DNA of 64,000 nt from Eledone cirrhosa. Taxonomy: Eukaryota. Shown here piece by piece: positions 46,136-59,051 of this stretch. Location of the stretch: assembly GCA_964016885.1 (NCBI GenBank), contig OZ024740.1:213094001-213158000 (forward strand), in the 5' to 3' direction. The position numbers were made by a program, and so were the translations under genes. Every line of letters begins with the position of its first letter. Position 1 is the stretch's first letter. Below the pieces are notes generated by a model. That model was not told where the DNA came from. It saw nothing but the letters and a program-made list of their open reading frames with translations, and did no database searches.

Positions 46136-46610
46136 TATTTGTTAGTGTTTTCGTTCTGTAACCATTATATTAAATGAGTTTTAAAAAAAAAAAGTTAATA
46201 AATAAATAAAGACTTAATGAATAAATAAAACGTTATACTTGTTTTACCCTCCCATTTCTAATTCACCGAACGCTGCTATCATGAATGTATGTGTGTGTTT
46301 GTGTAAATGTGTGTATGTGTGAAAGTATGTGTATTTGTGTGAATGTAAGTTTGTGTTTTCGCGATTATAATTATATACTCATAATAGTCATATACTCATA
46401 CACATAGATGTATGCATGTGCACACTCATACATGTCAGCGTGTAGAAAATCATAATGTCTCTATTTCTCTCATCACACACTCTCTCTTTCTATATATATG
46501 GTAGTTGAAGTGGTGGTGGTGGCGACGATACACTGGAAGTGTAGAAATGTGAATGAAAATTTGAAAAGAAGTCAATTTTAGTTTCGAAATTTATGACATA
46601 AATTATGTAA

Positions 46611-47651
46611 CCAGATAGAAAAATGCGTACAGCAAAAAAAAGTAATATTGTTGGAATATAAACCTTTAAAAATACAGGACAAGAAACTAAAATAAAACTT
46701 TAAAAGAATAGGACAGGAAACTAAGATAAAACTTTAAAGAATTGGACAAGAAATAAAAAATTTTACAATAATATTAGTGGCAAAATTTTTATTGGTAAAA
46801 AATCGAGTTCCACATTCATAGGCTCTGGGTTCCACATTCAGAGGTCGTCGTCAGACCGGGGGATCATTTGATCCTGGTTTGAACACCAATTGGGCCATAA
46901 TCATACCCCTATTTCATCATTCGGCGACACGCCTCATGTGTCATGCATAATGTGAATGGACCCATGGGCCCATGAGCACAGATCTTGAGCAGCAGCGGAC
47001 GGTCTTGTCGTCCCGCTCATCCTTGATTTTGACCAACCCGTCCATCTTCTCCTTGCATCTTGTCTTTGAGTTCAAGTCCGGCAGTCCAGATGAATGCGTG
47101 CCACAGCTTTCTGGTACAGGAAGGGGGAGCAGGAGGACTGGAGGGATGACGGGACAGAGGGAGGGAGGTGCCGTAGTCGGTGGTCAGAGTCGACATCTTG
47201 TCCCGGTCGTCTTCTCCATCTTCGTCTGGTGTTGCGGGACCAGACGTGCATTCTTGGAGGAGACCTGCAGCTGCATCGGCCAATTCTTCTTGCAATGGTC
47301 ATTCTGACGGAGCAGAACTGCTCAGCTAACCAACCACAACCAGAACCAACTGCTCAGGGGCAACGCACAATGAGAGCATGACAATTATTATGCACTAATC
47401 AAGAAGATACTGGGGCATAGCACAGGAAACGAATAAAAAAATTTTGCCACTAATATTATTGTAAAATTTTTTATTTCTTATCCAATTCTTTAAAGTTTTA
47501 TCTTAGTTTCTTGTCCTATTCTTTTAAAGTTTTATCTTAGTTTCTTGTCCTATTCTTTTAAAGTTTTATTTTAGTTTCTTGTCCTGTATTTTTAAAGGTT
47601 TATATTCCAACAATATTACTTTTTTTTTGCTGTACGCATTTTTCTATCTGG
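46611..47651. mobile_element. Fold-back element with 183/220-bp arms and a GC-richer internal segment
   Basis: 46611-46793 is the reverse complement of 47432-47651; arms contain a roughly 30-bp subrepeat (one extra copy on the right). Confidence 0.85.
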
Positions 47652-48498
47652 CCTACTATTTTTTAAGGCAATGCAAGCAACAACTATCTAATAATTAAAT
47701 GATCATAGTGAATTACTGACAAGTGATTGACATTTTAAAGTTCTTTTGAGTATAATTGCAATCTAGTTGAGGCAACTGGCTTAATGACAAAGCTACGTCA
47801 TTTCTGGATTACCTCCCCTAGCGTCACGCTTACTACTCACTCACTTGAACACAAGATTTATCAGCAAACTTTGATTATAAACTTTTTCCCGCTGGACCAA
47901 ATTTCTAGATTTTTAAGCCAAAAGATGCGTAATGATCTACTGTTCATGCTCATATAAGTTTTATCTCAGTTAAATAAAGTAGAGCCGCGCCGTACTGTCG
48001 TAAACAGACGATTGCCAACGAAAACACGACCACAACAATATTACTAAACGGACTACCGTCGGTTTAGGATATTCATTCAATATTTATTCAAAGTAATCCA
48101 ACTTACTTTACTAAAAGAAATAAACCGTACGCAGTCCTGAGGTCCTTACTTTATTATTGTTTAGATTTATTGGTTTTAGAATAAATAGACTTACGGTAGC
48201 ATATGCTTAAGTATATATTTCACAAATATCAATAAAAAACAAAATTTAAACCATACAGGCTATTTGTTTTTTTTTAAATTCAGATATTCCTAATATTAAT
48301 ATGTGTATATTTTTACTTTACAATGCTTTGAAATTGGTTTTAAAACAAGAAAATTACAGTTTGAACAACGATCTTTATGACTGAAGAAGAACGACATCGA
48401 GTGACCAGCTTATACAAAACTAATATATGACCAAAATATAGTGACTGTTGTTGAATTTTTTCTAGCTATTAATGATCCTGGTCAAGGCCAAGAATTGG

Positions 48499-48725
48499 AT
48501 CTGATGTCTATATTATTAGTCAACACTATCAGACTCCCTGTATTATCAGATCTGATCTAATCCGACAACAGATTTGATGTCTGTATTATTAGTCAACACT
48601 TTCAGACTACCTGTATTATCGAATCTGATGTCTGTATTATTAGTCAACACTTTCAGACTACCTGTATTATCGAATCTGATGTCTGTATTATTAGTCAACA
48701 CTATCAGACGGCCTATATTATTGGA
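48499..48725. repeat. 51-bp minisatellite (about 4 copies)
   Basis: ATCTGATGTCTGTATTATTAGTCAACACTTTCAGACTACCTGTATTATCGA repeated. Confidence 0.85.
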
Positions 48726-49322
48726 TCTTATCCAAGATCAGGTTAACACAACTCTGTCTAGCTCAGCTTGGCTTACCTTAGCTCTCTCCACACTACCAAT
48801 ATTGTCCAAGGGAAAGGCAAAAGTTGATACAACATGGTACTATTGTTGTTGCAGCTGAGTAGATTATGAGTATCGTAAAAGTAAAGTGTCTTGTTCAAGG
48901 ATACAACACACTGCTTGTTCCAGGAATCAAACTCACAACCTCAGTCACTTGCCTACCACTATTTCTCAGGAATGTGAACACTAGTTAATGCTCCCTAGAC
49001 ACATACACACCTGCTCCCAATACACACCATCTGCTCTCAATACACACACCTGCTCACAATACACACACACACTTGCTCCCAATACACACACCTGCTCCCA
49101 ATACACACACACCTACTTCCAATACAGTCACATGCTCCCAATACACACACACATACCCACAATACACATTACACCTGTGGTTTGATTAAGGAACAAACAA
49201 AAGAATCATAATTACGTCACCTTCTCTCCTGTAACTCTAAGATAACTGCACTCTAATACCTCCTTAGGGTTTGGTTTCTGTCTGCTGGTAGATTACTTAT
49301 ATAAGGAGAAAAATGAAAATAA

Positions 49323-49710
49323 TAATTGTTTCTACTTTTTGGCGCAAGGCCAGCAATTAATCCAGTGTATTACTGGTACTTTATTTTATCGACCCCGTAA
49401 GGATGAAAGGCAAAGTTAACCTCGGCGGGATTTGAACTCAGACCATAAAGGGCCGTAACTCTTTGCTGCAAAGCATGGCGTCTGACCCTCTACCGATACT
49501 GCCAATCCACCGCCCTTGAAAATAATTGTTTCTACTTTAGGCCCAAGGCCAGCAAATACCCAGTACATTACTGGTACTTTATTTTATCGACCCCCGTAAG
49601 GATGAAAGGCAAAGTTAACCACGGCGGGATTTGAACGCAGACTGTAAAGGCACGTAACTATGCTAGAAAGCATGGCGTCCAACCCTCTACCGATACTGCC
49701 AATTCACCGA
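49323..49710 (-). mobile_element. Two head-to-tail SINE family B copies
   Basis: Each is similar to 21262-21452. Confidence 0.82.
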
Positions 49711-49774
49711 AAATAATAATAATAATACATTAGCGTCATGATCTGTTATAAAACATTTTTGTTGAGGATCCACC

Positions 49775-50725
49775 GTTGTCCCCCCTCATAGTGGTGCCAC
49801 CCAGTCCCAGGCTCACATAATGTGGCTTTGTATCGAAAAGGGGTTGCTGTGTGGAACGTGCCCAACTTCAAAACTGGGGTGCCAATAGGCCCTGGCTCAT
49901 ACAATGTGATTTCATATTGAGAAGGGTTCGTTGTGTGGAGACTGTCCAGCTCTGAAAATGGGATGCCACTGTGAGAAGGGTTCGGTGCGGCCAACTGACC
50001 TGTTTCTCCTCGTAGTGGTGTCATCTAGCACTGGGGTGCCTCTGTGAGAAAGGTTTGGCGCAGCCAACTGGCCTGTTCCTCCTTATAGTGGTGTCATCCA
50101 GTGCCGGGCTCCAAAAATTGTGGTTCCTGTCCTTCTTCACATGGTTATCCGGTTTCGTTTTGAGAAATATTCCGTCACATAGAGAGTGGCCGGCTCTGAA
50201 GCTGGGGTGCAGCTGTGTGAGGGGTTTGGCGCAGTCAACTGACCTGTCCCTCCTCATAGCAGTGCCATCCAATCCTAGGTTGCCAGAGTCCGGTTTCATA
50301 TTGACACGTAGTGAGTGCTCGGCTTCGAAACTGGGGTGCCATAGTGAGAAGGGTTCGGCTTGGTCAACTGGCCTGTTCCTTTGCATAGTGATGCCATGCA
50401 ACGCCAGGCTCCCAAACTGTAGTTCTGCATCTGTTCCTCCTGATAGCGGTGTCATCCAGTACCGGGCCCCAAAACTATTGTAACATTGTGTGATAGGTTT
50501 CACACGGTCAACTCGCAACTCCTCTTCATAGCGGTGCCACCCAGTAATGGGCTCCAAAACTGTGGCTATGCTGTGAGATGGATTAGGCTCCTCATATCGG
50601 TGCCATCCAGTACTGGGCTCCAAAACTGTGGTTCTTCTATGTGATGGGTAAGGCCCCAAAACATGGTTCTGTTGTTAGTTGGGTTCAGCGCTGTCAACTG
50701 GTCTGCCACTTCTCATAATGGAGCT
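49775..50725. repeat. Degenerate GC-richer minisatellite region
   Basis: Recurring CTCATAG.GGTGCCATCCAGT..GGGCTCCAAAACTG and CTGTGAGAAGGGTT.GG.GC.G.CAACTG motifs at irregular spacing. Confidence 0.7.
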
Positions 50726-51882
50726 ATCCAGTTCCACACTGTAAACATGGTTGGTGTTAGGAAGGTCATCCAGCTGTAAAATAACCAGCCAAATTTACAG
50801 TCCTTGCCGGAGCAAAGTGCGACAAATGGCCAACCCTGCCAGACTTGCCTCCCGCCGTGGATGACCCGTCTAACCCATGCAAGCGTGGAAAAATTGACAT
50901 TAAACGGTGATGATTATGATAAAAATAATGGGTATAAATTGAAGTTGTAGCCGCAGTATAGCAGATACTAATCAAATTGTTTGAGGCAGTTACAGAGCAC
51001 TTGATGGTGTGAAAAGTTAATACATTTTCATCCAGAGTAAACACAAAAAGTTAATAAAGTGTGACACCAAGAATAAAGCAACCAAATGTATGTAGCCATA
51101 GTTAACACCACAACATCGATATATACAAACAGGTTGAAGACTAACCTGGACTGTCTTGAATAGACAAGAATCGATAAAGATCGATAGAAATTTTCAGTAG
51201 GTTTCTGGGATTACGAGAAAATACACCATGGGTTGCACAATGTATATGCAAGTCATAGATGCATCTATCAGCAGGTATTCATCCCAGAATATCTGATGTA
51301 GTCTAGTCACTAGAAGACAGTGAGGCATTCTACTGTAGTAGTAAATTCTCCAGTGACATCACATGACTTGTCTTACATATAAGTTAATGAAATAACACAA
51401 AACACAGGGAAAAACACACACAGTCTTATTAGTATCACGCTTGGGAGGAAGGCTTGGCGCTTTGGTCTAAGTCTTTTTTCAGGAAATGGTGAGAGAGAGA
51501 GGTTGGAACATCAGAATTTTGGAAAAAAAAGTTTTTAAGAATGTTGGGAGTAGAGTGTCATGTGCTGATGGGGAGAATTTCATAGATGTGCATTATTATG
51601 CGTGTGTGTGTGTGTGTGCGTGTATGTGTACATGTCTGAGTCTTTTATATTGTTTGTGTATGTATGTGTGTGTCTATCATCATCATCATTTAATGGCTTA
51701 TTTTCCATGCTTGCATGGGTCAGACATTGTCTATGTTATGAGGCAAGTGTGGCCAGTTGGCCGCGCCATACCATGCTCGCATAGAACTGTATTTTGGCTG
51801 GGTTTTTTTTACAGCTGGATGGCCTTCCTAACACTAACCATGTTTGTATTTTTTTTCTCTCTCTCTGAATGTATTGTTTTAT

Positions 51883-52259
51883 TTAACCCTTTCATCACCA
51901 TATTTCTAATGAAGTACGCTCTATTTTAATTAATTAATGAAGAATTTTGAGGAATTTACTAAAATTATTATTTCATTAGTAAGATAGTAACTTATTGTAA
52001 GGTTCTTATATAAAATTATGTTGGAAGATTTAATAATTTAAATTGGAAACCTTTAAAATGGGCAGTTATATTTCATAGAACCAGAGATAGATTTACTAAA
52101 ATTATTAGTTATTTCATTACTAAGATAGTAACTTAATGTAAGGTTTTTATATAAAGTTATATTGGAAGATTTTAATTTAAATTGGAAATCTTTAAAATGG
52201 GTGGTTTTATTTCATAAAACCAGAGCCAGTTTTGGCCGGGATGGTTACTAAAGAATTAA
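51883..52259. mobile_element. piggyBac-like MITE with an internal tandem duplication of about 137 bp
   Basis: TTAA|CCCTTT ... AAAGAA|TTAA; 51953-52087 is similar to 52090-52225; a related copy lies at about 57080-57248. Confidence 0.6.
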
Positions 52260-52288
52260 TATGTTTCTGATTTTATTTTATTTTGCAG

Positions 52289-52627
52289 GGGTTGCTTACC
52301 ATCAATCCGAAAGACAGAATAAGTGCCAAAAGTGCCTTAAAATATGCATACTTTCATCAAACTCCTTCTCACACTACTACTACTGCTAATACTACTACTA
52401 CTACTACTACAAACAACTCCAATATAAACCATTCAAATAATTCAACTAAACCTAATACAAACAGCTTTAATATTTCTAGTAATTTGACGACTGCAACAGC
52501 AATTTCAAATTCACAAACTCCTAATAACCCCATTAATTCTACAATGGGACCATCACAAAAGCTTTCATTAGTATGCAACACACCTTTAACTACAACTCCA
52601 AAACAAGCAGATCATTTTGGCAGGTAA
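52289..52627 (+). CDS. CDK4/6: CDK4/6-like terminal (or penultimate) coding exon with a Thr/Asn-rich tail
   Basis: TTTTGCAG| acceptor in phase with the 41397 donor; GLLTINPKDRISAKSALKYAYF matches CDK subdomain XI. Stop at 52625-52627, overlapped by a possible donor AG|GTAAAT. Confidence 0.85.
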   Translation, partial: GLLTINPKDRISAKSALKYAYFHQTPSHTTTTANTTTTTTTNNSNINHSNNSTKPNTNSFNISSNLTTATAISNSQTPNNPINSTMGPSQKLSLVCNTPLTTTPKQADHFGR

Positions 52628-52686
52628 ATATAATGCTTGGAACTTTTTCTTTTCAGAATTTCGACTTTCAAAATCAAAAGCACCTG

Positions 52687-52722
<36 letters not shown>

Positions 52723-53139
52723 GTGTATGTATGTATATATATATCTTCTTCGCCCACTTATCCTGAGAGGGTCGTGGGGGCAGAGTCTCAAACACTCCTT
52801 CCAGTGGGTCCTTTCAGAAGCAACCGTCTCAACTGATGCGGCTGGATCCCATATGTATATAAAGTACCGAAACAACGTATCTTTAGCAGTGAACTGATGA
52901 GATGAGACTGTCTGTATCCGTTCAATTTCCTGTCTTCGCTCATATTTTTTTTATTCCTTTATCATCATTCATTCATCATCATTTCATTTTACCTCCGCTT
53001 TTCCCTGCTTGCAAGGGTGGGACGGGAACTGATTCTGGCTTGATTTCTACAGCTGGATGCCTTTCCTAACACCAACCTCATTTACAGTGAGTGCTGGGTG
53101 CTTTTTTGCCATGGCCCCTACACGTCCACTTTGCAGTGG

Positions 53140-53309
53140 AATGATAGGGAACCCAGTCCCTATCATCTCATTTTTACAGCTGAGTAAACTGGAGCAATGT
53201 GAAATAAAGTGTCTTGCTCAAGGAAACAACACATCACCCGGTCTGAGAATTGAACTCACAACTTTTCGATTGCAAGGCCAATGCTGTAACCACTAAGCCA
53301 TGTGCCTCC
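53140..53309 (-). mobile_element. tRNA-derived SINE, family A
   Basis: Near copy of 37581-37749. Confidence 0.8.
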
Positions 53310-54011
53310 ATATATACACATACATATATTCATATTTATATATATATATATATATATATATGCATACACATACATACACACACATATATATATATTATAT
53401 ATATACACACACATATATGTGTGTGTGTGTATATATATGACATTTTTTTTGTAATTTTTATATATGCATTTATTAAATATGTGACCAAAAAAAAAAAGGA
53501 AAAATATGTAAAAAACTTGATTTTTATAAAGCAAAATATATATTTTTTTAACATACATAATTGTTATTACACTTCTGTGTTGTAGAAAATGTTTTTATTT
53601 TTTGCATTTGTGTGCCATAAGTTATTCTAACATCTAAAATCAGCGACACAACAATATGGCTTCAAAATAATAATAAAATATTGAAGGAACTGAAAATCAA
53701 TCTAAGAGATAGTTAAATATAGTTTTCATATTGGATGAACTATTGATACATTGATATATATATGTACAATTATGTTAGTATATTGTTATGTGTGTGTGTG
53801 TGTGTACATGTATAGGTGTCATGATCAGATTTTACCTTCCTCTATACTCATTCACCTTCCCATGCATAGAGTACTCCCCAGATTTATATATATATATATA
53901 TACTCACACATATATCATCATCATCTTCTTTTAACGTCCATTTTCCACACAAGCATGGGTAGGACTGACTGACCCTTTTGGGAGAGAATCAGGTCTGAGG
54001 ACCATGTTTTG

Positions 54012-54104
<93 letters not shown>

Positions 54105-55229
54105 ATGTATATATATAAAGGAATCTACAAACCCGACTGTAACACCCAGTGATTGCAGCTTGTGTGCAGCAAGCTTTTCCTGGAGTATACTAGGATATGA
54201 AGAATCTACCTTGAATTTACGTAGGAAGTGATTTGGTGCAAAGTGTGGAATTAGATCACTTGTTGGGGTTGGTCAATGGTGGTAGCATATGGTGCGAGGT
54301 GTCATTGTGAAAAACTGTCCAAGGAATGTTGCGTTGGGTTCAAAGTGAGAATGGAGATCAGGAGGGTGTAGAGGATGATAGGTGTGTATATACAGGCTGG
54401 AGTGTGGCTGGACTGGGTAAGGGATAGAAAGGGAGGAGAAAAGATGGATGAAAGAATAAAAATTTAAGATAGAAAAAGTGGTGTGGGGTAAGGTTATCTG
54501 TGCCACAAACACAGAAATCAGGAAATAAAGAGATTAAAAAACGTTACTTATATAGTAAACTATACGTATATTATATATATACATTATACACATAAACTTG
54601 TACCTGGACCAATACTGGCTGAAACCTATCAAAGTTATACACATTACAAATGATACATACACTATATGTATAGATCACAAACGCATGTAACTCGTATGCA
54701 CGGCGCATACGCACACACACACATATACCCCATTCTGCTTCTACCCTGATTTGTGGCATCCCTGGTCTCGGCACAACAGGCTTTATATATATGTATCGGA
54801 CATAAAACGGGGTGATGATGATGATGATGATGATGTATATATCATCATCATTGTTTAATGTCCACCTTCCATGCTAGCAGGGGTTAGGCGGGTTTCTTCC
54901 ATTTAGAGGCAAGTTGGGTCGGGGGACTGTCTCTTGCTTGTATAGGACTGTTTCTGGCTGGTTTTCTACGGCTGGATGCCACATTTACATTGTGTGTTGC
55001 GTGTTTTTACACAACCACTTTACAGTGCGGCTTGGGTGCTTTTTGTTGTGACACCTGCACGACCACTTTACATGGGCTGGATGTTTTGTGGTACCAACTT
55101 AACACATACACATATGTATCATGATAATGGTATATATATTTGCATGTATATACATATATCATCACCTCCATCTTATGTCCATTTTCCACGCTAACATGGG
55201 TTAGACGGGTTGTCCTGTTATAGGCAATG

Positions 55230-55595
55230 CAACCTTTTTGAATTCCATGTGTCTAACACACGTGGACTGCCCACAAAATCAGAAAACAGCACAGCTCCCA
55301 TGACTTTTGGAAACATTTTTTCATGCTCAGAGTTGCTGAAGCATGGAACAAGCTACCTGTATCAGTGGTTAGCTGTCGAGACACTGCATCCTTTAAAACC
55401 TCCATGCTTCCTGAAATTCGCCAACACTACACCTGATATCCTCACCTCCATACACACGCACACATGTATATCATGACTTATACACTGTTCATTTTCCTGA
55501 CATTTGTACATTATTCTATGTACTATACATGCACCTTTGATGAGTTGTAATGCACTAAGCACTGTACACATTAATTTTTATTATTATTAATTATT
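55230..55595 (+). mobile_element. CR1/L2-like LINE 3' end with (TTA)n tail
   Basis: NTRG..HKIRKQH..FF.LRVAEAWNKLP..VV..SFK. Confidence 0.65.
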
Positions 55596-55596
55596 T

Positions 55597-57000
55597 AAGA
55601 GAAAAACTCAGCATAAGAGGAATTGGATGTATTGTGCAAGAGAGAAGGCTGTGTTGGTATGGATATATGAGAGTGTATGGAAGATAGCAGCTGCATAATA
55701 AAATGCAGAGAAATCATGGTGGCTGAGACCCTCGGAAGAGGAAAATCCATGAAGATCTGGGATGAGGTAGTGAAGAATTCAGCTTTCTGTTGATATTTGC
55801 TGTGCTATTCCATGTCTCACTAGCATAAACTGCTGTAGGGAGAATGTGTTGTACAGGTACAGTTTGATATATATGCCAATAATTGAGGCTGACCAAACAG
55901 AGTGTGTTTGCTGGAACACTGTGGCTGCCTTTCCACTTCTGTTGACATCACAAACTGGTCAGTACTTAAGTAGAGTCACTGGTCTTTAGGTGGGCCAGTG
56001 ACACAGAATACAATCCTGCATTCTACCAAGTGCAATCATGGCTCCAACTCTAGAGAAGTTGTCATGTTCTTAAAACAGTTGAAGAGGCCTCCTTATCTTT
56101 TCTTTGGCGTTTTTCCTATCACCAATCACTTTATAGAATGTATTGGCTACTTTTATTGTGAGATCATCATCCCTAGGAGGTTGTCATATCTGTGGCATGT
56201 TTGTCTGGCTAGATGCCACTATCATTAGGGGCTGATAACGGGTTTGGGATGGTGGTGACACATGGATGTGGTCATGTCAGGTTTAGCTTCTGTGGTGTGA
56301 TAGAGGGAAGTTGGAGTACATGGATGTGTCCGGTCAAGTTTTTAGCCGGTAGACAAGTCATCACCAGTACAGTATATCTTTGTCATCTCTCTTGTGAGGT
56401 TCAGCTTAAGGTTAGTTCTCACTTCATTCTATGTCTTCTTGGGTCTACTTCTCCAAGACCCATCCACTGAGATTTTTATGTACCTTTTTTTTTTACTGCT
56501 GTCATCTTCCATACACATCACATGTCCATACCGCTGCATTCTTCTCTCTTGCATGCTACATTCAATTTTTCTTATGCCAAGCTTTAATCTCAGCTCGCTG
56601 TTGTTCAGGCATTAGGGCATTCTCATTTAATTTCTTTCCTTGTTAAGTCTTTTGCAGTTAAGGCCCATGTCTCACTACCATGTAGCATTGCAGTTCACAC
56701 ACACACACAGGCATCATACAGTCTACCCTTCACTCTGAGAGCAAAGCTCTTTGTTGTTAGATAACAATTCTCTAAACTTCTTCCAGCCTGTTCTTATCCT
56801 GGCTATCAGACTTTCAGAACATCCTTCCCCACAGTTGATTATGTCCTCTAGGTAGCAAAAGCTGTCAACAACTTCTAAGGAGCCTCCCATGAAGCTGAAG
56901 GAATCAATTTTATGTGTGCTCTTAGTGCTTGCTTCTGTGCATCTACTACATATAAAATCTACCTTCTCTGTTATCTTGCCTGCAATCCCACTACATTTTA
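55597..57000. mobile_element. Decayed RTE fragments (55597-55780 +, about 55780-55990 -, about 56360-57000 -)
   Basis: LREKLSIRGI..ERRL.WYG; YASETW; the minus strand of 56650-56900 gives LEVVDSFCYL and LHGSETW. Confidence 0.65.
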
Positions 57001-57785
57001 TGAATTGCTTCCCTTTGACACTGTATTATGTATTAAGGAGAAATTACTCTATTGCCTAGAGTGCACAGAAGGTTAATGTGGAATTTTGAGGGATTTACTA
57101 GAATTATTAATTATTTCATTACTAAGATAGTAACTTAATATAAGGTTCTTATATAAAATTATGTTGGAAGATTTTAATTTAAATCAGCAACCTTTAAAAT
57201 GGGTGACTTTATTTCATAGAACCTGGGATGGTAACACGTAATGGTTAAATAATGTGATTTCTAACTTGATATGTAATATTTGTTATTTTGTAAATACAGT
57301 TGGTAAATATCCTTGCAACCAAATCAATGATATTTTACTTGTGATCTTGAGTAACTCTTTAGCAGTTTTGAAAACTTTCTTTTTCTTCTCCCACTTATTC
57401 CTGAGGGGGCAGAGTCCTCAAACACTCCTTCCAGTGTGTCTTCTCTGAAGCAACCATCCTCAACTGATCCGGCTGGATCCCCAAGCGTGACCAGCCAAGC
57501 TCATGGATGTTATCCAACCATCTTGCTCGGTGTTTACCCATGGGTCTCTTGCCAGTTGGTTTTGCCCATAAAATATGTCCAGCAATTCTTTCCTCAGACA
57601 TTCTAACCAAAGTTTTCAAAACTTTGAGTGGTTTTGGAAACTTTATTAAAAATATAAAAATTAGAAGCAGGGAAATTGAAAATCTATTCAAAATTTCTGT
57701 GGTGCTAAATTTTAATTTTTAAGTATCATGTCATTCTGGAACATTTTGAGAGGATTTTCACTCCTTTAAACAAGTTTCATGTGTA

Positions 57786-57816
<31 letters not shown>

Positions 57817-57921
57817 GCCGTCCTATATGAACAAGACACGGTCACCCAACCAATCTTGCCTCAAGTGGGACAATCCCATCTAACTCATGGTAGTGTGGAA
57901 GATAGATGTTAAACGATGATG

Positions 57922-57977
<56 letters not shown>

Positions 57978-57981
<4 letters not shown>

Positions 57982-58330
57982 CGAAACATAAGTCAATTGC
58001 ATGAACTCATAATCCTTTATTTACTGCTATATATATTTTGATGATAGCCATTAAATGGCTACGACCTCATCAGGCAGTTAGTCAGTTCTTAGATATGCCA
58101 GCTCTGTGTTTATAGTGTTGATGGTATCAGAGCCTTAGGACATATGAGCTTGTTAGGAATAATTTAATGTGGTCAGCAGGAATAGTCTTAATTCTCATTG
58201 GTCAGTTTGTAGAAATATTAAAATAACAGATTAAAGTTTAAGCAAAAAATCGTTGCTTTTACGGGACCTATATATTTATCCTTCTCGAGCCCTCTTTGGA
58301 TCTACATCTATTACGTCTTAACATCTATTA
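57978..58330 (-). mobile_element. PLE-like non-coding repeat with a point-mutated hammerhead (58026-58078)
   Basis: Sense strand: ACTGC-CTGATGA-G..TAGCCAT(TTA)ATGGCTA..C-AAAA(for GAAA)-TATATA-TA-GCAGT; (TA)n flanks. Confidence 0.6.
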
Positions 58331-58469
58331 TTATATATATATATATTATATATATATATGAGTTCAAATCCCGCCAAGGTTAATTTTGCCTTTCATCCTT
58401 ACGGGGTCGATAAAATAAAGTACCAGTAATGCACTGGGTAATTGCTGGCCTTGTGCCTAACGTAGAAAC

Positions 58470-58541
<72 letters not shown>

Positions 58542-58953
58542 GTGTGTATATGTATGTATACGTATGTATATGTATATATGTAATATAGGTGGTGAATTGG
58601 CATTCTTGTTAGAACATCGGATAGAATGCGTTATGGTATTTGTTCCGGCTCTCAAATCCCGCTGAGATCAACTTTACCTTTCATCTCTTTGAGGTCGATA
58701 AAAAAAAGTACCAGTTAAGTACTGGGGTCGATTCTTCCTCTATATCTCTTTCTTATTTTCTCTGGAAGAAATCTGCTGTACTCAAGCTTGGAGAGGGGTG
58801 GGCTCCGCCTGGCTTAAAATGTCCAAGAAACGCTGTATTGTAATACGGCGCCCCCTACAACTCTATCAGGAGTTACGGGACCATACATACATATATGTAT
58901 GTGTATGTATATATAAATATGTATGTATCTATATATATATATGTATTTATATT

Positions 58954-59044
<91 letters not shown>

Positions 59045-59051
<7 letters not shown>

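Noticed and set aside
48499-48725. CTGATG-containing tandem repeat as a hammerhead array
   Set aside because: The core reads CTGATGT and there is no GAAA or stem arrangement.
54120-54510. Old fragment of a C-rich PLE N-terminus
   Set aside because: Only compositional resemblance; no diagnostic motif recoverable.
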